A stretch of DNA of 64,000 nucleotides from an uncultured Verrucomicrobiae bacterium (GTDB lineage: Bacteria > Verrucomicrobiota > Verrucomicrobiia > Limisphaerales > Palsa-1400). The stretch spans positions 256,001 to 320,000 of the forward strand of contig CAVPOM010000005.1 in the NCBI GenBank assembly GCA_963707025.1. Reading direction: 5' to 3'. Both the position numbers and the translations under genes were made by a program. The notes below the pieces were generated by a model. It was not told where the DNA came from, did no database searches, and worked only from the letters and a program-made list of their open reading frames with translations. This document shows positions 27,838 to 38,430 of this stretch, one piece after another (position 1 is the stretch's first letter; each line of letters starts with the position of its first letter).

Positions 27838-28449
27838 ATGCGGTGGAATTTGGAATTGGGGATTAAGATTACGATTAAGATTAGGAGTTTGAGTTTGAAA
27901 ATTGACGAGGCCAATGGTCATTGGTGCCAGCCGCTCTATGAGAGCAAGGCGGCGGGGCTGATCTTGTACGGACGGGCCTTGGGCCTCAGTCATGGCGAGG
28001 CGGAGGATGTTTTGCAGGAATCCTTCCTGTCCCTTTTGCAACTGGAGCGCCGGCCGGATGAGCCGGAGCATTATGCGCTGCGGACTTTTCGCAATCGCGC
28101 CTTGAATTATCGCCGGAGCCTGTGGCGGCGGTGGACGCGGGAATTGGAATCGCGCCGCTGGTTCGAGCAGGAAACCGGGGAGAGCGAGGCGGAGCGGCAG
28201 GCCATGAAGGCCCTGGCCGCCCTGCCCCGCGAACAACGGGAGGTCATTGTTTTGAAGATTTGGAACGGCCTGACTTTTGAGGCGATTGGCCGGCTCTTTG
28301 ATATGTCGCCCAACACGGCGGCTGGACGTTACCGCTACGGGCTGAACAAGTTGAGAGCTTGTTTGCAGGAAGGGGAAAGCTCGGTGACGGCGCTGGTCTG
28401 CGGCGGCCACAGACCGCCGCTGCAGGAAGCCGGGATTTTTGAACGATGA
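27838..28449 (+). CDS. ECF RNA polymerase sigma factor (true start probably near 27895)
   Basis: EAEDVLQESF (region 2); LPREQREVIVLKIWNGLTFEAIG...TAAGRYRYGL (region 4). Confidence 0.88.
   Translation: MRWNLELGIKITIKIRSLSLKIDEANGHWCQPLYESKAAGLILYGRALGLSHGEAEDVLQESFLSLLQLERRPDEPEHYALRTFRNRALNYRRSLWRRWTRELESRRWFEQETGESEAERQAMKALAALPREQREVIVLKIWNGLTFEAIGRLFDMSPNTAAGRYRYGLNKLRACLQEGESSVTALVCGGHRPPLQEAGIFER
28401..28427. repeat. REP-like palindrome, partner at 33476..33502
   Basis: CGGCGGCCACAGACCGCCGCTGCAGGA versus reverse complement CGGCGGTCACAGACCGCCGCTACAGGA. Confidence 0.65.
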
Positions 28450-31400
28450 AGCCGCAACCGTCGCCCAAATTCCCCGCCAGCAAGCCGGCACGGCCCGTCC
28501 CGCCCGCCGCGCCAGCCCTGCCCTCCCCGCCGGCCAGGGTGCCGCCGCTGTTCCGGCGAATTGACTGGCTGGCGCTGCTGATTTGTTTTGCGGTGGTGGA
28601 GACGATTTACCTCCTGACGCTCGCGCCGCAGGTCACGCTGGAGGACTCGGGAGAATTGTTGACGGGCTCCTTTTACGCCGGGATTCCACATCCGCCGGGC
28701 TATCCGTTTTGGGCAATCTATTCGTGGCTCTGGACGCGGTTGGTGCCCTTCGGCAACGTCGCCTGGCGCGTCGAGTTGGGGCAGGCCGCCGCCATGGGCA
28801 TGGGCTGCTCGCTGATCGCCTTTATGGTGTCGCGCGGCAGCAGCATGTTAATGGAAGGCATCGAGGAACTCAAAGGCCTGGTGGGAAAGTGGGAGAATGC
28901 GATTTGCCTGGTCTGCGGGGTCACGGCGGGACTGCTCATGGCGCTGGATAATTCGATGTGGTACGAGTCGGTCACGATCAACCGCGCGTCGGAGTTCGGG
29001 GTGCCGTGGCTGATTATCGTCTTGCTATGCATGTTGCGGTGGATTTATGCGCCGCACCAGCGCGGGTATTTGTATTGCGCGATGTTTTTCTTTGGGATTT
29101 GCGCCACCATTCACCAGACGCTGATCGTGGCGGCGATGGGGATAGAGATCGGCATCGCCTGCACGCAACCCAAGCTGGGGCGGGATTTGTTGTTTTGCAA
29201 CGGCCTGGTCTGGGCGATTCTTCATGGGTGCGCAAAATCGGGGATTTGGTCCAGCTTCCAACAGGCGAACCCAACCGTGTTCCTTATTTTCAACACCATC
29301 GGCATCTGCTCGGCCATCGCCTGTGTCGGGCTGGCGATTTACACACGCTTTTTTACACCCTGGACAAAGAAAGACGCGGTCGTGTCGTGGTGCGGCGCCG
29401 CTTTGCTGGCGCTGTTGAGCTTCAGCTTCTGGTTTGTGGCCCGGGACCACGGGGGGCCTCCTTTGCGGCCATTTTCTGGGCCACGGCAGGGTTGGTGCTG
29501 GTGATCTGGGGGCTGCGCCTGTTGAGTGAATGGCCGGCGTGCTCCCTCATGGGGCTGTTATGGGTGTTGGGGGCGTCGTTTTATCTTTACGAGGCCATCG
29601 CCGGCATGACCAACCCGCCGATGGAATGGGGCTACCCGCGCACGGTGGAGGGATTTTTCCACGCGCTGACCCGCGGGCAGTACGACAAGATCAATCCGAC
29701 CAATCTGACCGATAATCCGGCGGTGGTGTTCCATGAACTAAAGGAACAACTCTGGCTGCTGGTCAAAGGCGTGGCGGCCGCCTTCAACTGGGTTTACATG
29801 TTTTTTGCGGCGCTGCCCTTTCTCTTTTTCTTCAAAATGAAGAGGCGGGAACGGAACTGGCTCATTGCGGTGGCGGCGATCTATCCGTTTCTCGGGGTGT
29901 TGCTGACCATCTTCCTTAATCCGCAGAAGGACCGGCAGTCGGTGGAATTGTTGCGGGTGTTTTTTGCCGCCTCGCACACGGTGGTGGCCATCTTGATCGG
30001 CTACGGCCTGGCGCTGACGGCGGCCTTTATGGCGACCAATTACCAGAGATTCCGCAGGTGGGGATGGGTGGGCGGAGCGGCGGCCCTGGTGCTGGCCTGT
30101 TATTGCCTGCTGGAGGCCGCCGGCGAGCTTTATATTGGCCAGGGCGGGGAGGTGCCTCTCACAGAATTGCCGCACTGGGTCGCGCAGGCCTTTGCGCCGG
30201 GCCAATACGGCCTGCCCGTTTACGCCTGCCTGATTTTAATGGCGTTGCCGGCGATTTTCCTCGTGGCGCTGGCGGTTTACCGCACCCGGGCGCCGCTGCT
30301 GGTGACGCTGGGCTTGTTTGCGGTCATGCCGCTCTGTTCGGGCTTGTCTCATTGGTTCCACAGCGAACAGCGGCAGCACTGGTTCGGCTACTGGTACGGG
30401 CATGACATGTTCACACCGCCCTTTGCCGGGCCGGATGGAAAACTGACTTACGATCCGGCTTTGCGCGACAAGGCCATGCAGGGAACCAACGCGAACTTGG
30501 TTTATCCGGAAATGGCGCGCGACGCCGTCGTCTATGGAGGGACCGACCCGGGGCGGTTTTGCCCGACTTACATGATCTTCTGCGAAAGTTTCATTCCGCA
30601 CTCCTGCCAGCCGGAGCAGGACACCAACTTTGACCGGCGGGATTGCTATCTCATCACGCAGAACGCGCTGGCGGACCCAACCTATTTGGACTACATCCGC
30701 GCGCAGTATAACCGGAGCGCCCAGCAGGATCCGCCGTTTTTCCAGGAACTCCTCCCCACCGAACTGCCGCAGGTTTTCCACGGACCCACCCAATCGCTGG
30801 CCTGGCTGGACGACTTTTTCGAGAAGCTGGGGGCGAGCATTGAACGGCAGCGCCGCACGGGGACCTCGTGGTTCAAGCCGGACCATTTCAAGGATGTGAC
30901 AAAACTGGCCGCCCAGTTGTGTCCGCACGGCGGCCAGGATGAGTTGTCCAAGTTTCTTTATGGGAAATTGAGCCAGCGGACGCTGGGCCTGGTGGCGGGC
31001 CAGAAGGACAGCCCGGCGTTGCGCCGCGCCCTGGCGGAGGACTTTAACCGCTTTTTGAACATGACCAACAAGATGGCGGACGGGCCGGTGCTTTACGCGC
31101 CGGAGCGGTTCCAGAACATCAAACTGCCGCCGTTGCTCGACAAGGCGTTGACGAATTGGGATGAACAAACGGCCAGCACCAGGGTGCGGCTCAACCGCCG
31201 CCTGCTGGAGGAGGCTTATCCCCAAGCCATCGTCAAAAGTTTGGGCGGCGTTTATCCGGACACGGAAATCCACACCGCGACGCTGGATGAATTAAAGCTG
31301 AGCGAGGAAGGTTACGAGAAGGATGCGGTGCAAAGGCTGACCCACGACCGGGAGCATCCCACCGAGCCGCGCCAGATCAAGCCTGGCGAAGACCTCACTG

Positions 31401-32611
31401 TGGACAACCAGGGGCACATCTCCTTTGGCGGGGTGCTGGTGGTCATGGGGATCAATTCCTTTGTCACCAAGGTGATGTTTGACGCCAATCCCGACCATGA
31501 GTTTTATGTGGAGGAGAGTTATCCGATGGATTGGATGTATCCGTATCTGACGCCTTTCGGCATCATCATGCAAGTCAACCGGCAGCCCTTGGAACTGAGC
31601 GATCAAACCATCGCCCGCGACCACCTTTTTTGGAGCCAGTATTCGGACCGGCTGGTGGGAAACTGGATCACCTATGACACCACGGCCAGGGAATTGTGCG
31701 ATTTTGCCGAGAGGGTTTATCTGCGCCACGATTACACCCGCTTCAAGGGCGATCCCAAATTCATCCGGGACGACGACGCCCAGAAAGGCTTTTCCAAGCT
31801 GCGCTCCGCCATCGGGGCCAGCATTTACCAGTGGCGGGCCGACCACAGCCGCAATCCGACCGACCGGGCGCGCCTGCTCAAGGAGGCCGAATTCGCCTTC
31901 AAGCAGGCTTTTGTTTATTGCCCGTACAGCGAGGGCGCCTACAAGTACGCCGAGTTGCTCATGGAGACCAGACGGCCGGAGGACGCGCTGCTGGTGGCGA
32001 GCACCTTCCAGAAAATGGACCCCTACAACCGCCAGGTGCAGAACATGGTGGTGCAGTTATATCTGCAAAACGGCAAGCAGAAGGAGGCCCTTCTCGCCGC
32101 CAGGGATTTCCTGAAACTGGAACCCAACAACCCGGGACTGCAGGACTTCGTCAACCAATCGGAAACAAACCAGGCGGGGCCGGCCTCCGTCCCGGTCCAG
32201 GATTTATTTAATGAGATTGCCGCCGCCCTGAAGGCCAATCAAACCAACCAAGCCGACGCCATGCTCGACCAACTGCTGCACAACAAGCAGGCCAACGGGC
32301 CGATCTTGTCGCAAATCGCCAACTTCTACGCCGGGATGGGCAACCTCCCCAAGGCCGCGGAGGCGATGCGCCGCGCCACCGAGGTGGAGCCCAACTCCTC
32401 CCAGTCCTGGTACAACCTCGCCATTGTCCAGGCCTTTCAGGGCCATGCCGCCGACGCGGCCGCCTCCCTCAAAATGGCCTTCGCGGCCAATGCCAGGGAA
32501 CGGGCGGCCGATCCGCGCATGGTGGATTTGCGCGAGAACGTGCGCACCAATCCTTATTTCAACAACATCCGGCAATCGCCCGAGTTTCGCGCCGCCCTGG
32601 CGACCAATTAA
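28446..32611 (+). pseudogene. DUF2723 glycosyltransferase copy b, frameshifted at a G6 tract (29451-29456)
   Basis: N-terminus in ORF 28446, remainder in ORF 28958; one extra G restores the frame. Confidence 0.8.
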
Positions 32612-32616
32612 GATTT

Positions 32617-32711
32617 CTCCTGCTCTTAATCTTAATCCTAATCTTAATCTTAATCGTAATCTCCCTCCTCCAACAAAGATTGGGATTATGATTAAGATTA
32701 AGATTAGGAGC
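32617..32711. repeat. Inverted (CTTAAT)n/(GATTAA)n hexamer hairpin; related tract at 27861..27887
   Basis: Directly visible between convergent genes. Confidence 0.8.
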
Positions 32712-32721
32712 AAAAACAAGA

Positions 32722-33471
32722 CTACGGCGCGCGCAGTTCGTAGGCGATCACCGCCAGCGTGCAGAGCGCGGCGGTTTCGCTGCGCAAAACCAGGGGGCCC
32801 AAATCTATCGGGCGGGCGCCGCTGGCGCCAATCAGCTTCAATTCTTCCCCGCTGAAGTCCCCCTCGGGGCCGATCCACGCGCCGACCGATTGCGGGCGGC
32901 GCCGCTGTTGCGCCTCGTATTCTTGAAAGTAGCCGCGGGGATGGCGGCCATCGCCTTGCAGGGAGCCAACCAGGGCCAGGTCGAAGGACGCGCCCCTGGC
33001 CAGCAGCGCCGGCAGGGTGAGCGGTTCCTCCACTTCGGGAAGCCAGGGCTGCCCGCATTGCTTGATGGCTTCGATGGCGCACTGCCGCCATTTCTCCGCC
33101 TTGTCCTTGGCCGCGGCCCCGTCCAGCCGCGTGGCCACCCGTTCGGAGAGCAGGGGCACGACGCGCGCCACGCCCAGTTCGGTGGCTTTCTCTATGATGG
33201 CCTCCATCAGCTTTCCTTTGGGCACGGCCTGGATGAGCGTGATCCGGGCGGACGGCGCGGCCGCGGTGGTGGCGTCGGCGACCGCCAGGCGGACGCGATG
33301 GCGGTCCCAATCGCGGATTTCGCAGAGGTATTGCCGCCCGGCGCCGTCCAGCACGGTGAGCCGGCCGCCCGGCGCCAGGCGCAGGACATCCCGGGCATGA
33401 TGGGCTTCGCGCCCGGTCAATTCCAGCAGCGGCGGGCGGCATTGCGCGGCGGGCAGGTAGAAGCGGTGCAT
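32722..33471 (-). CDS. rsmE: 16S rRNA m3U1498 methyltransferase
   Basis: EAHHARDVLRL, EKATELGV, IGPEGDFS, LGPLVLRSETA. Confidence 0.95.
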   Translation of the reverse strand: MHRFYLPAAQCRPPLLELTGREAHHARDVLRLAPGGRLTVLDGAGRQYLCEIRDWDRHRVRLAVADATTAAAPSARITLIQAVPKGKLMEAIIEKATELGVARVVPLLSERVATRLDGAAAKDKAEKWRQCAIEAIKQCGQPWLPEVEEPLTLPALLARGASFDLALVGSLQGDGRHPRGYFQEYEAQQRRRPQSVGAWIGPEGDFSGEELKLIGASGARPIDLGPLVLRSETAALCTLAVIAYELRAP

Positions 33472-33515
33472 GGATTCCTGTAGCGGCGGTCTGTGACCGC
33501 CGCCAATCAAGGGCC

Positions 33516-34643
33516 TCAGCGGAACAGCCCCTTGGCCTTGTCAAAAAAACTTTTGCTCATGGGATGCACTCTCTCGTCGCACAGCCGGGCGAATTCCTCC
33601 AGCTTGGCTTTTTGCTCCGGGTTGAGGCGGGTGGGAATTTCCACCTGGACGCGCGCCAGCAAATCGCCCTGCCCGTAACCCTGGACGTTTTTCACGCCGC
33701 GCCCTTTGAGGCGAAAAACCGCGCCGTTCTGGGTGCCGGGCGGGATTTTGACCGCGACGGGCGCGGCCAGCGTGGGTACTTCCATCTCCGCCCCCAGCGC
33801 CGCCTGCGCGAAGCTGATGGGCACTTCGCAAAGCAGGTCGTCGCCGTCGCGCTGAAAAATCTCATGGGGCTGGACATGCAAAACGATGTGCAGATCGCCG
33901 GCGGCGCCCCCCTGGATTCCCGCCTCGCCGTTGCCGGTGGAACGGAGGCGGACACCCGTGTCCACGCCGGGCGGGATTTTGATGGTGATTTTGACGGAGC
34001 GCTCGCGGCGCCCGCTGCCGGCGCAGGGGCGGCACGGCTTGTCAACAATACGTCCGCGCCCGCCGCAGTGCGGGCAGGTCTGGGCGATGCTGAAGATGCC
34101 GCGGGAACTGATGACCTGGCCGCGGCCGCGGCAGGTGGGGCAGGACTTGGTGGAGGACCCTTTTTCCGCGCCGCTCCCGCCGCACACCTCGCACGGGCCC
34201 AGCTTGTTGAGCGTGATTTCCTTCTCGCAACCCTGGGCGGCTTCCAGGAAGGAAATCTCCATGTCGTAGCGCAGGTCGTCCCCGCGCTGCCCGCCCCCGG
34301 CGTCGCGTTGGCCGCCCGTCCCGAACAAATCGTCAAAAATGCTCCCGCCGCCGAAAACTTCCCGGAAGATTTCGCCGGGGTCATGGAAGCCGCCGGCCCC
34401 GGGTTGGCGGGCGCGCGATCCGAATGCGGCATGGCCGAAGCGGTCGTAATTGGCGCGGGACTGGGGATCGTTGAGGATTTCGTAGGCCTCCCCCAGCTCC
34501 TTGAATTTTTCCTCGGCGCCGTTGTCGTTGGGATTGCGGTCCGGATGATGCTTGAGGGCCAGCTTGCGGTAGGCCTTCTTGATTTCCTCGCTGTCGGCGT
34601 TCCGGTCCACGCCCAGGACTTCGTAATAATCGCGCTTGGCCAT
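33516..34643 (-). CDS. dnaJ: Chaperone DnaJ
   Basis: J domain with HPD; four CxxCxGxG repeats. Confidence 0.98.
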   Translation of the reverse strand: MAKRDYYEVLGVDRNADSEEIKKAYRKLALKHHPDRNPNDNGAEEKFKELGEAYEILNDPQSRANYDRFGHAAFGSRARQPGAGGFHDPGEIFREVFGGGSIFDDLFGTGGQRDAGGGQRGDDLRYDMEISFLEAAQGCEKEITLNKLGPCEVCGGSGAEKGSSTKSCPTCRGRGQVISSRGIFSIAQTCPHCGGRGRIVDKPCRPCAGSGRRERSVKITIKIPPGVDTGVRLRSTGNGEAGIQGGAAGDLHIVLHVQPHEIFQRDGDDLLCEVPISFAQAALGAEMEVPTLAAPVAVKIPPGTQNGAVFRLKGRGVKNVQGYGQGDLLARVQVEIPTRLNPEQKAKLEEFARLCDERVHPMSKSFFDKAKGLFR

Positions 34644-34651
34644 AGGCGGTC

Positions 34652-35206
34652 TCAGCCGGCCGGTTTCTTGGCCACAATGACCCCGGCGGGGCGGATGAGG
34701 CGGTGGTGGAATTTATAGCCTTTGCGAATTTGCTGGACGACCCGGCCTTCGGGCACCTCGCCGGTTTCCTGCTGGGAGACTGCTTCGTGCAGGGCGTGAT
34801 CGAACATTTGGCCGGTGGCGTCAATTTCCTCCAGCCCGGCTTCGGCCAGGGTGGATTTGAGCTGGTTGGAAACCATGACGATGCCCTCGCGCAAGGACTG
34901 GCTGGCCGGATCGGGCTTGGCGGCGGCCAGCGCCATTTCAAAGGCGTCGAGGGTGGGGATCAGCTTATTCAGCAGCGCCTGGTTGGCGAAAGTGACCGCC
35001 TCGTGCCGTTCGCGCGTGGCCCGCTTTTTATAATTCTCAAAATCGGCCGCCAGGTGGAGAAAGCGATCCCAGTTCTCGTCCGCCTTGGCGGCGCGTTCCT
35101 GCAACTCTTTGGTTTGGTCCGCCGTCAGCGCCACCGGCACGGGCAGATCCTCCCCCGCCGCCGCCGGGGCCTCTTCCTTGACTTCCACTTTCTTATTTTT
35201 TTGCAT
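34652..35206 (-). CDS. grpE: Nucleotide exchange factor GrpE
   Basis: [21 protein letters not shown]...IRPAGVIV. Confidence 0.96.
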   Translation of the reverse strand: MQKNKKVEVKEEAPAAAGEDLPVPVALTADQTKELQERAAKADENWDRFLHLAADFENYKKRATRERHEAVTFANQALLNKLIPTLDAFEMALAAAKPDPASQSLREGIVMVSNQLKSTLAEAGLEEIDATGQMFDHALHEAVSQQETGEVPEGRVVQQIRKGYKFHHRLIRPAGVIVAKKPAG

Positions 35207-35529
35207 TCGATCAAATTGACAAAACTCAAGAGCCTCGCAAGATAGCGGCCCCGGCCGTGAATTTCAAGATTTGTCTTGCCGGCCCAAATCCTCGCCTAAG
35301 CCGGTCCCGAACCATTCAGGGGAGCACACGCGCCCTCGCGTGTACCAGTCGGCGCCCTCGCCGACAGCTTCCCACCCGGTAATCCCTTCGGGATTGAAGA
35401 CCGGGCCATTTGTAGCGAGCGCAAAGAAGGCATGTTCTATTCCACTGAAAACAGCGCAAAACCAAAAAGAGAAGCCCGCTTTTATGGCGTCACTTTTGCT
35501 CTCCGCTGCCGCGGAGGGAAAAATCAGAC

Positions 35530-35758
35530 TCTGCCATCACTCGCTCTCCGCCGCCGATGAGGTTCCATTTGTCCCTGAGCGCTGCCGCTGGCGCCCGTTC
35601 GCGGCAGCGCCCTGGTTAGCCTGCATATTTCATACCTCCGGACTCCGCGTGAGGGCACGCGGCCTACAGGCGCGAGGCGATCTCCTTGTAGGCCGCGTGC
35701 CCTCACGCGGCGCACTGTTGCGCGTTCCCATCGGAGTGTGAAATATCCGGGTTAGGCG
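35530..35758 (-). other. Degenerate attC (cassette 2) interrupted by a MITE
   Basis: GCCTAAC follows the stop codon; after MITE removal reads GCCTAACCAGGGCGCTGCCGCGAAC...; right end degenerate. Confidence 0.5.
35620..35751. mobile_element. 132-bp MITE with internal REP-like hairpin
   Basis: TIRs CCTGCATATTTCATAC / CCCGGATATTTCACAC; TTAG on both flanks. Confidence 0.75.
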
Positions 35759-35767
35759 GTCTCTCGC

Positions 35768-36400
35768 TCATCCCTCCGGCTTTTCCTCCGCTTTCGCAAT
35801 CGCCGCACGAATCTCAGGCGGCATTTCCTCCAACGAATGGTAAGTCCTCTCCGCTCCAGACTCGTCAACGATTTTATAGACAGAAACGTCCTTCCGCCGC
35901 GTGATTTTCGCCGTGATCGCATCGTCCGTCTGTGAAATCTCTGCGACGGACGACTCCTTGCCCCTTTCCTGCGCGGCTTCCTTCTCGAGCGCTTCTATCT
36001 CCGACCGGATTTCCGGCGGCACTTCCTCCATCGAAGAATACTCGTCCTCTGTCCCGTCCTCCCCCACGGTCTTGATGACGACCTGCGTCCGGACGCCGTT
36101 TAATCCGGGGATGGCCCCATCCAGGCTTGGCGGCGCCAATTTTGTCCCAAAGTTTAACGCTGCCGCGTCCCTCTTGTACCACGGCGTCTGCCAGCGGGGA
36201 ACGGTGAAAACGGCGACGATGCCGCCGGCCAATGCGCAAAGCCCCAGCCAAAGGAGAGGCCAGTGGGTATTGTTGTGCGAAAACGCGCGCAAGATGCCCT
36301 TCCAGCTAAAAAGGAAACACGCCAAGCCACCCAAAGCGCTGCCGAAAACGGCACGCACCGTAATCGTCAAAAGAAAGTCTGGCCACGTGCTTTGTTTCAT
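35768..36400 (-). CDS. Integron cassette 2: membrane protein with duplicated C-terminal motif
   Basis: Two TMs; repeated GTEDEYSSMEEVPPEIR / GAERTYHSLEEMPPEIR; lies between attC sites. Confidence 0.7.
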   Translation of the reverse strand: MKQSTWPDFLLTITVRAVFGSALGGLACFLFSWKGILRAFSHNNTHWPLLWLGLCALAGGIVAVFTVPRWQTPWYKRDAAALNFGTKLAPPSLDGAIPGLNGVRTQVVIKTVGEDGTEDEYSSMEEVPPEIRSEIEALEKEAAQERGKESSVAEISQTDDAITAKITRRKDVSVYKIVDESGAERTYHSLEEMPPEIRAAIAKAEEKPEG

Positions 36401-36413
36401 AGCGCGCAACGAA

Positions 36414-36548
36414 ACCTAACGTAGAAAGCTGAGCCACCGCCGGCTCGCGGCGTGAATCCCGACTTGTCGGGAAACAAAAGCACCATCCGCCTTCGCTCCG
36501 CAGCTACGGTCGGACAGGACGGCGGTTGGCCCCGGCGATTTGTTAGGC
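36414..36548 (-). other. attC site (cassette 1)
   Basis: Minus strand GCCTAAC-AAATCGCCGGGGCCAACCGCCG...CGGCGGTGGCTCAGCTTTCTAC-GTTAGGT. Confidence 0.85.
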
Positions 36549-37219
36549 AGCGTCAATCTCACTTGGACAAAAGATTGAAGTCTGTTCCTGCCGCCAACCG
36601 CTTCCGAACTGCTGCCAAATCCTTCGCACCATCCTCGCTCGGAAACAACTGATATGACCGCGAATACTCGGCCTCTGAATGTGTAACGTCGCCCATAGTT
36701 AAATAAATAGATCCAAGGAAAGAGTGCCCATAATAATAGTCAGGCTGGCGAGCGGTCAATGCCTGTGCCATCGAAAGAGCCGCCGGGAAATCCTGACGAT
36801 CCATCGCCGTTCTAACACGCGCCCACGAATCTCCCGACATGGAACCTCGTGTAAATCCCGCATAAAAGCCGGGCAACGAACCCACGAAAATAAGAATCAG
36901 AATCACAGCCATCCCACAGGAAATTGGAAAAAAGTGTTGGCTTGACCATTTGAACCTGCCACAAGGCAGGCATGAAAAACAAAAAAATCAAACCAACACG
37001 GTCCCGGTTTAACGTTTTGCGCCAGATTTGCAATCTGAGGTGGACCCCATCCTTTAGACCACGGAGCGCGGAGAATAAGATAGACTCTGGAGGTCCGCTG
37101 TCATTTGTATTTTTGTTTGTCTGTTGTTCATTCCGCGCTTCCAAACCCTTTCGAAAGAGAGAACGAGCCGCGCCTGGCACCGCCCGTCCTCCCTCTCCGT
37201 TTTCTTAGGGTTTCCAACC

Positions 37220-38165
37220 TTACCGCCGCAGGCGGTCTGATTTCAAGTTTTTCCGGCCGGCCAGCCCCTCCTTGGGCTGCATCGCTTCCCATCGGGCCGG
37301 TTGGGCTCCGTAGGCCCCGGGATCAGAATACACGGCCGCGGGCGTCGCATAGTGCAAAGCCGCGTGCGGACGCAACCGGTTGTAATCCTCAAACCAGCGC
37401 GCCAGCCCGCGCCCGGCCTCGATCCCGTCCAGGTAATCTTGCAGATATATGTCCTCATGCTTGACGCTCCGCCACAACCGCTCGATAAACCGGTTGTCCA
37501 TCCACCGCCCCCGGCCATCCATGCTCACGTCCACCCCCGCCGATTCCACCGCGTCAATATACAGCGGCGAAGTGAACTGCGACCCCTGGTCGGTGTTGGC
37601 GATCAGCGGGGCCTTCCGCCCGCTCTGCAGCGCCGCTTCCCAGGCGTCCACGCAGAAGGCGCTCTCCAACGTGTTGCTCAAGCGCCACGCCAGCACATAC
37701 CGGCTCCACCAATCCATCACCGCCACCAGATACATAAACCCCTGTGCCATCGGCACATAGGTGATGTCCGCGCACCAAGCCTGATCGGGCCCGGTGATCT
37801 CCAACTCGCCCAACAGATACGGATAGATCTGATGGCCCGGCCCCGGCAGGCTGGTCCGGGGTTTGCGGTAGATGGCCTCGATGCCCATGACCCGCAACAG
37901 CCGCACCACCCGCTTGCGATTGACTTCCCAGCCCTCCCGGCCCAACAGCACCCGCAACTTGCGGCTGCCATAGACCGGATGGTCCAAGTGCAACTGGTCC
38001 AAACGCCGCATCAGCGCCAGATTCTCCGGCGTCTCGGGGCACGGTTGGTAATAGTAACTGCTCCGGCATAAATCCAGCAGGTCGCACTGATGCCGCACGC
38101 TCACCTGCGCATCCGGGCCGACCAACTCCGCCAGGCTCTTTAAAGGCCCAGTTGTTTGGATTTTT
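37220..38165 (-). CDS. IS3 OrfB transposase
   Basis: WCADITY, NTDQGSQFT, DNRFIERLWRS; A9 slippery run at 38161-38169. Confidence 0.9.
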
Positions 38166-38430
38166 TTTTCAGCCAGTCCAGGTCCACCGTCAACTGCCCG
38201 ATCTTCTGGTGCAATTGCCCGATCAACTCCTCCTGGTCTGCGCTGCCCGCATGCCCCGCCTCAAACAGGTCGGGCAACCGGTCGCGAATCGTCGCTTTCC
38301 ATTGCGTGACCTGGGTCGGATGCACCGCGTACTCTCGCGCCAGCTGCGCGACCGTCTTAAGCCCCACCAGGGCTTCGAATCCCACTTTGGCCTTGAAGGC
38401 CGCACTGTGCCGCTTCCGTTTTGTTTTCAT
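38140..38430 (-). CDS. IS3 OrfA
   Basis: MKTKRKRHSAAFKAKV. Confidence 0.9.
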   Translation of the reverse strand: MKTKRKRHSAAFKAKVGFEALVGLKTVAQLAREYAVHPTQVTQWKATIRDRLPDLFEAGHAGSADQEELIGQLHQKIGQLTVDLDWLKKKSKQLGL

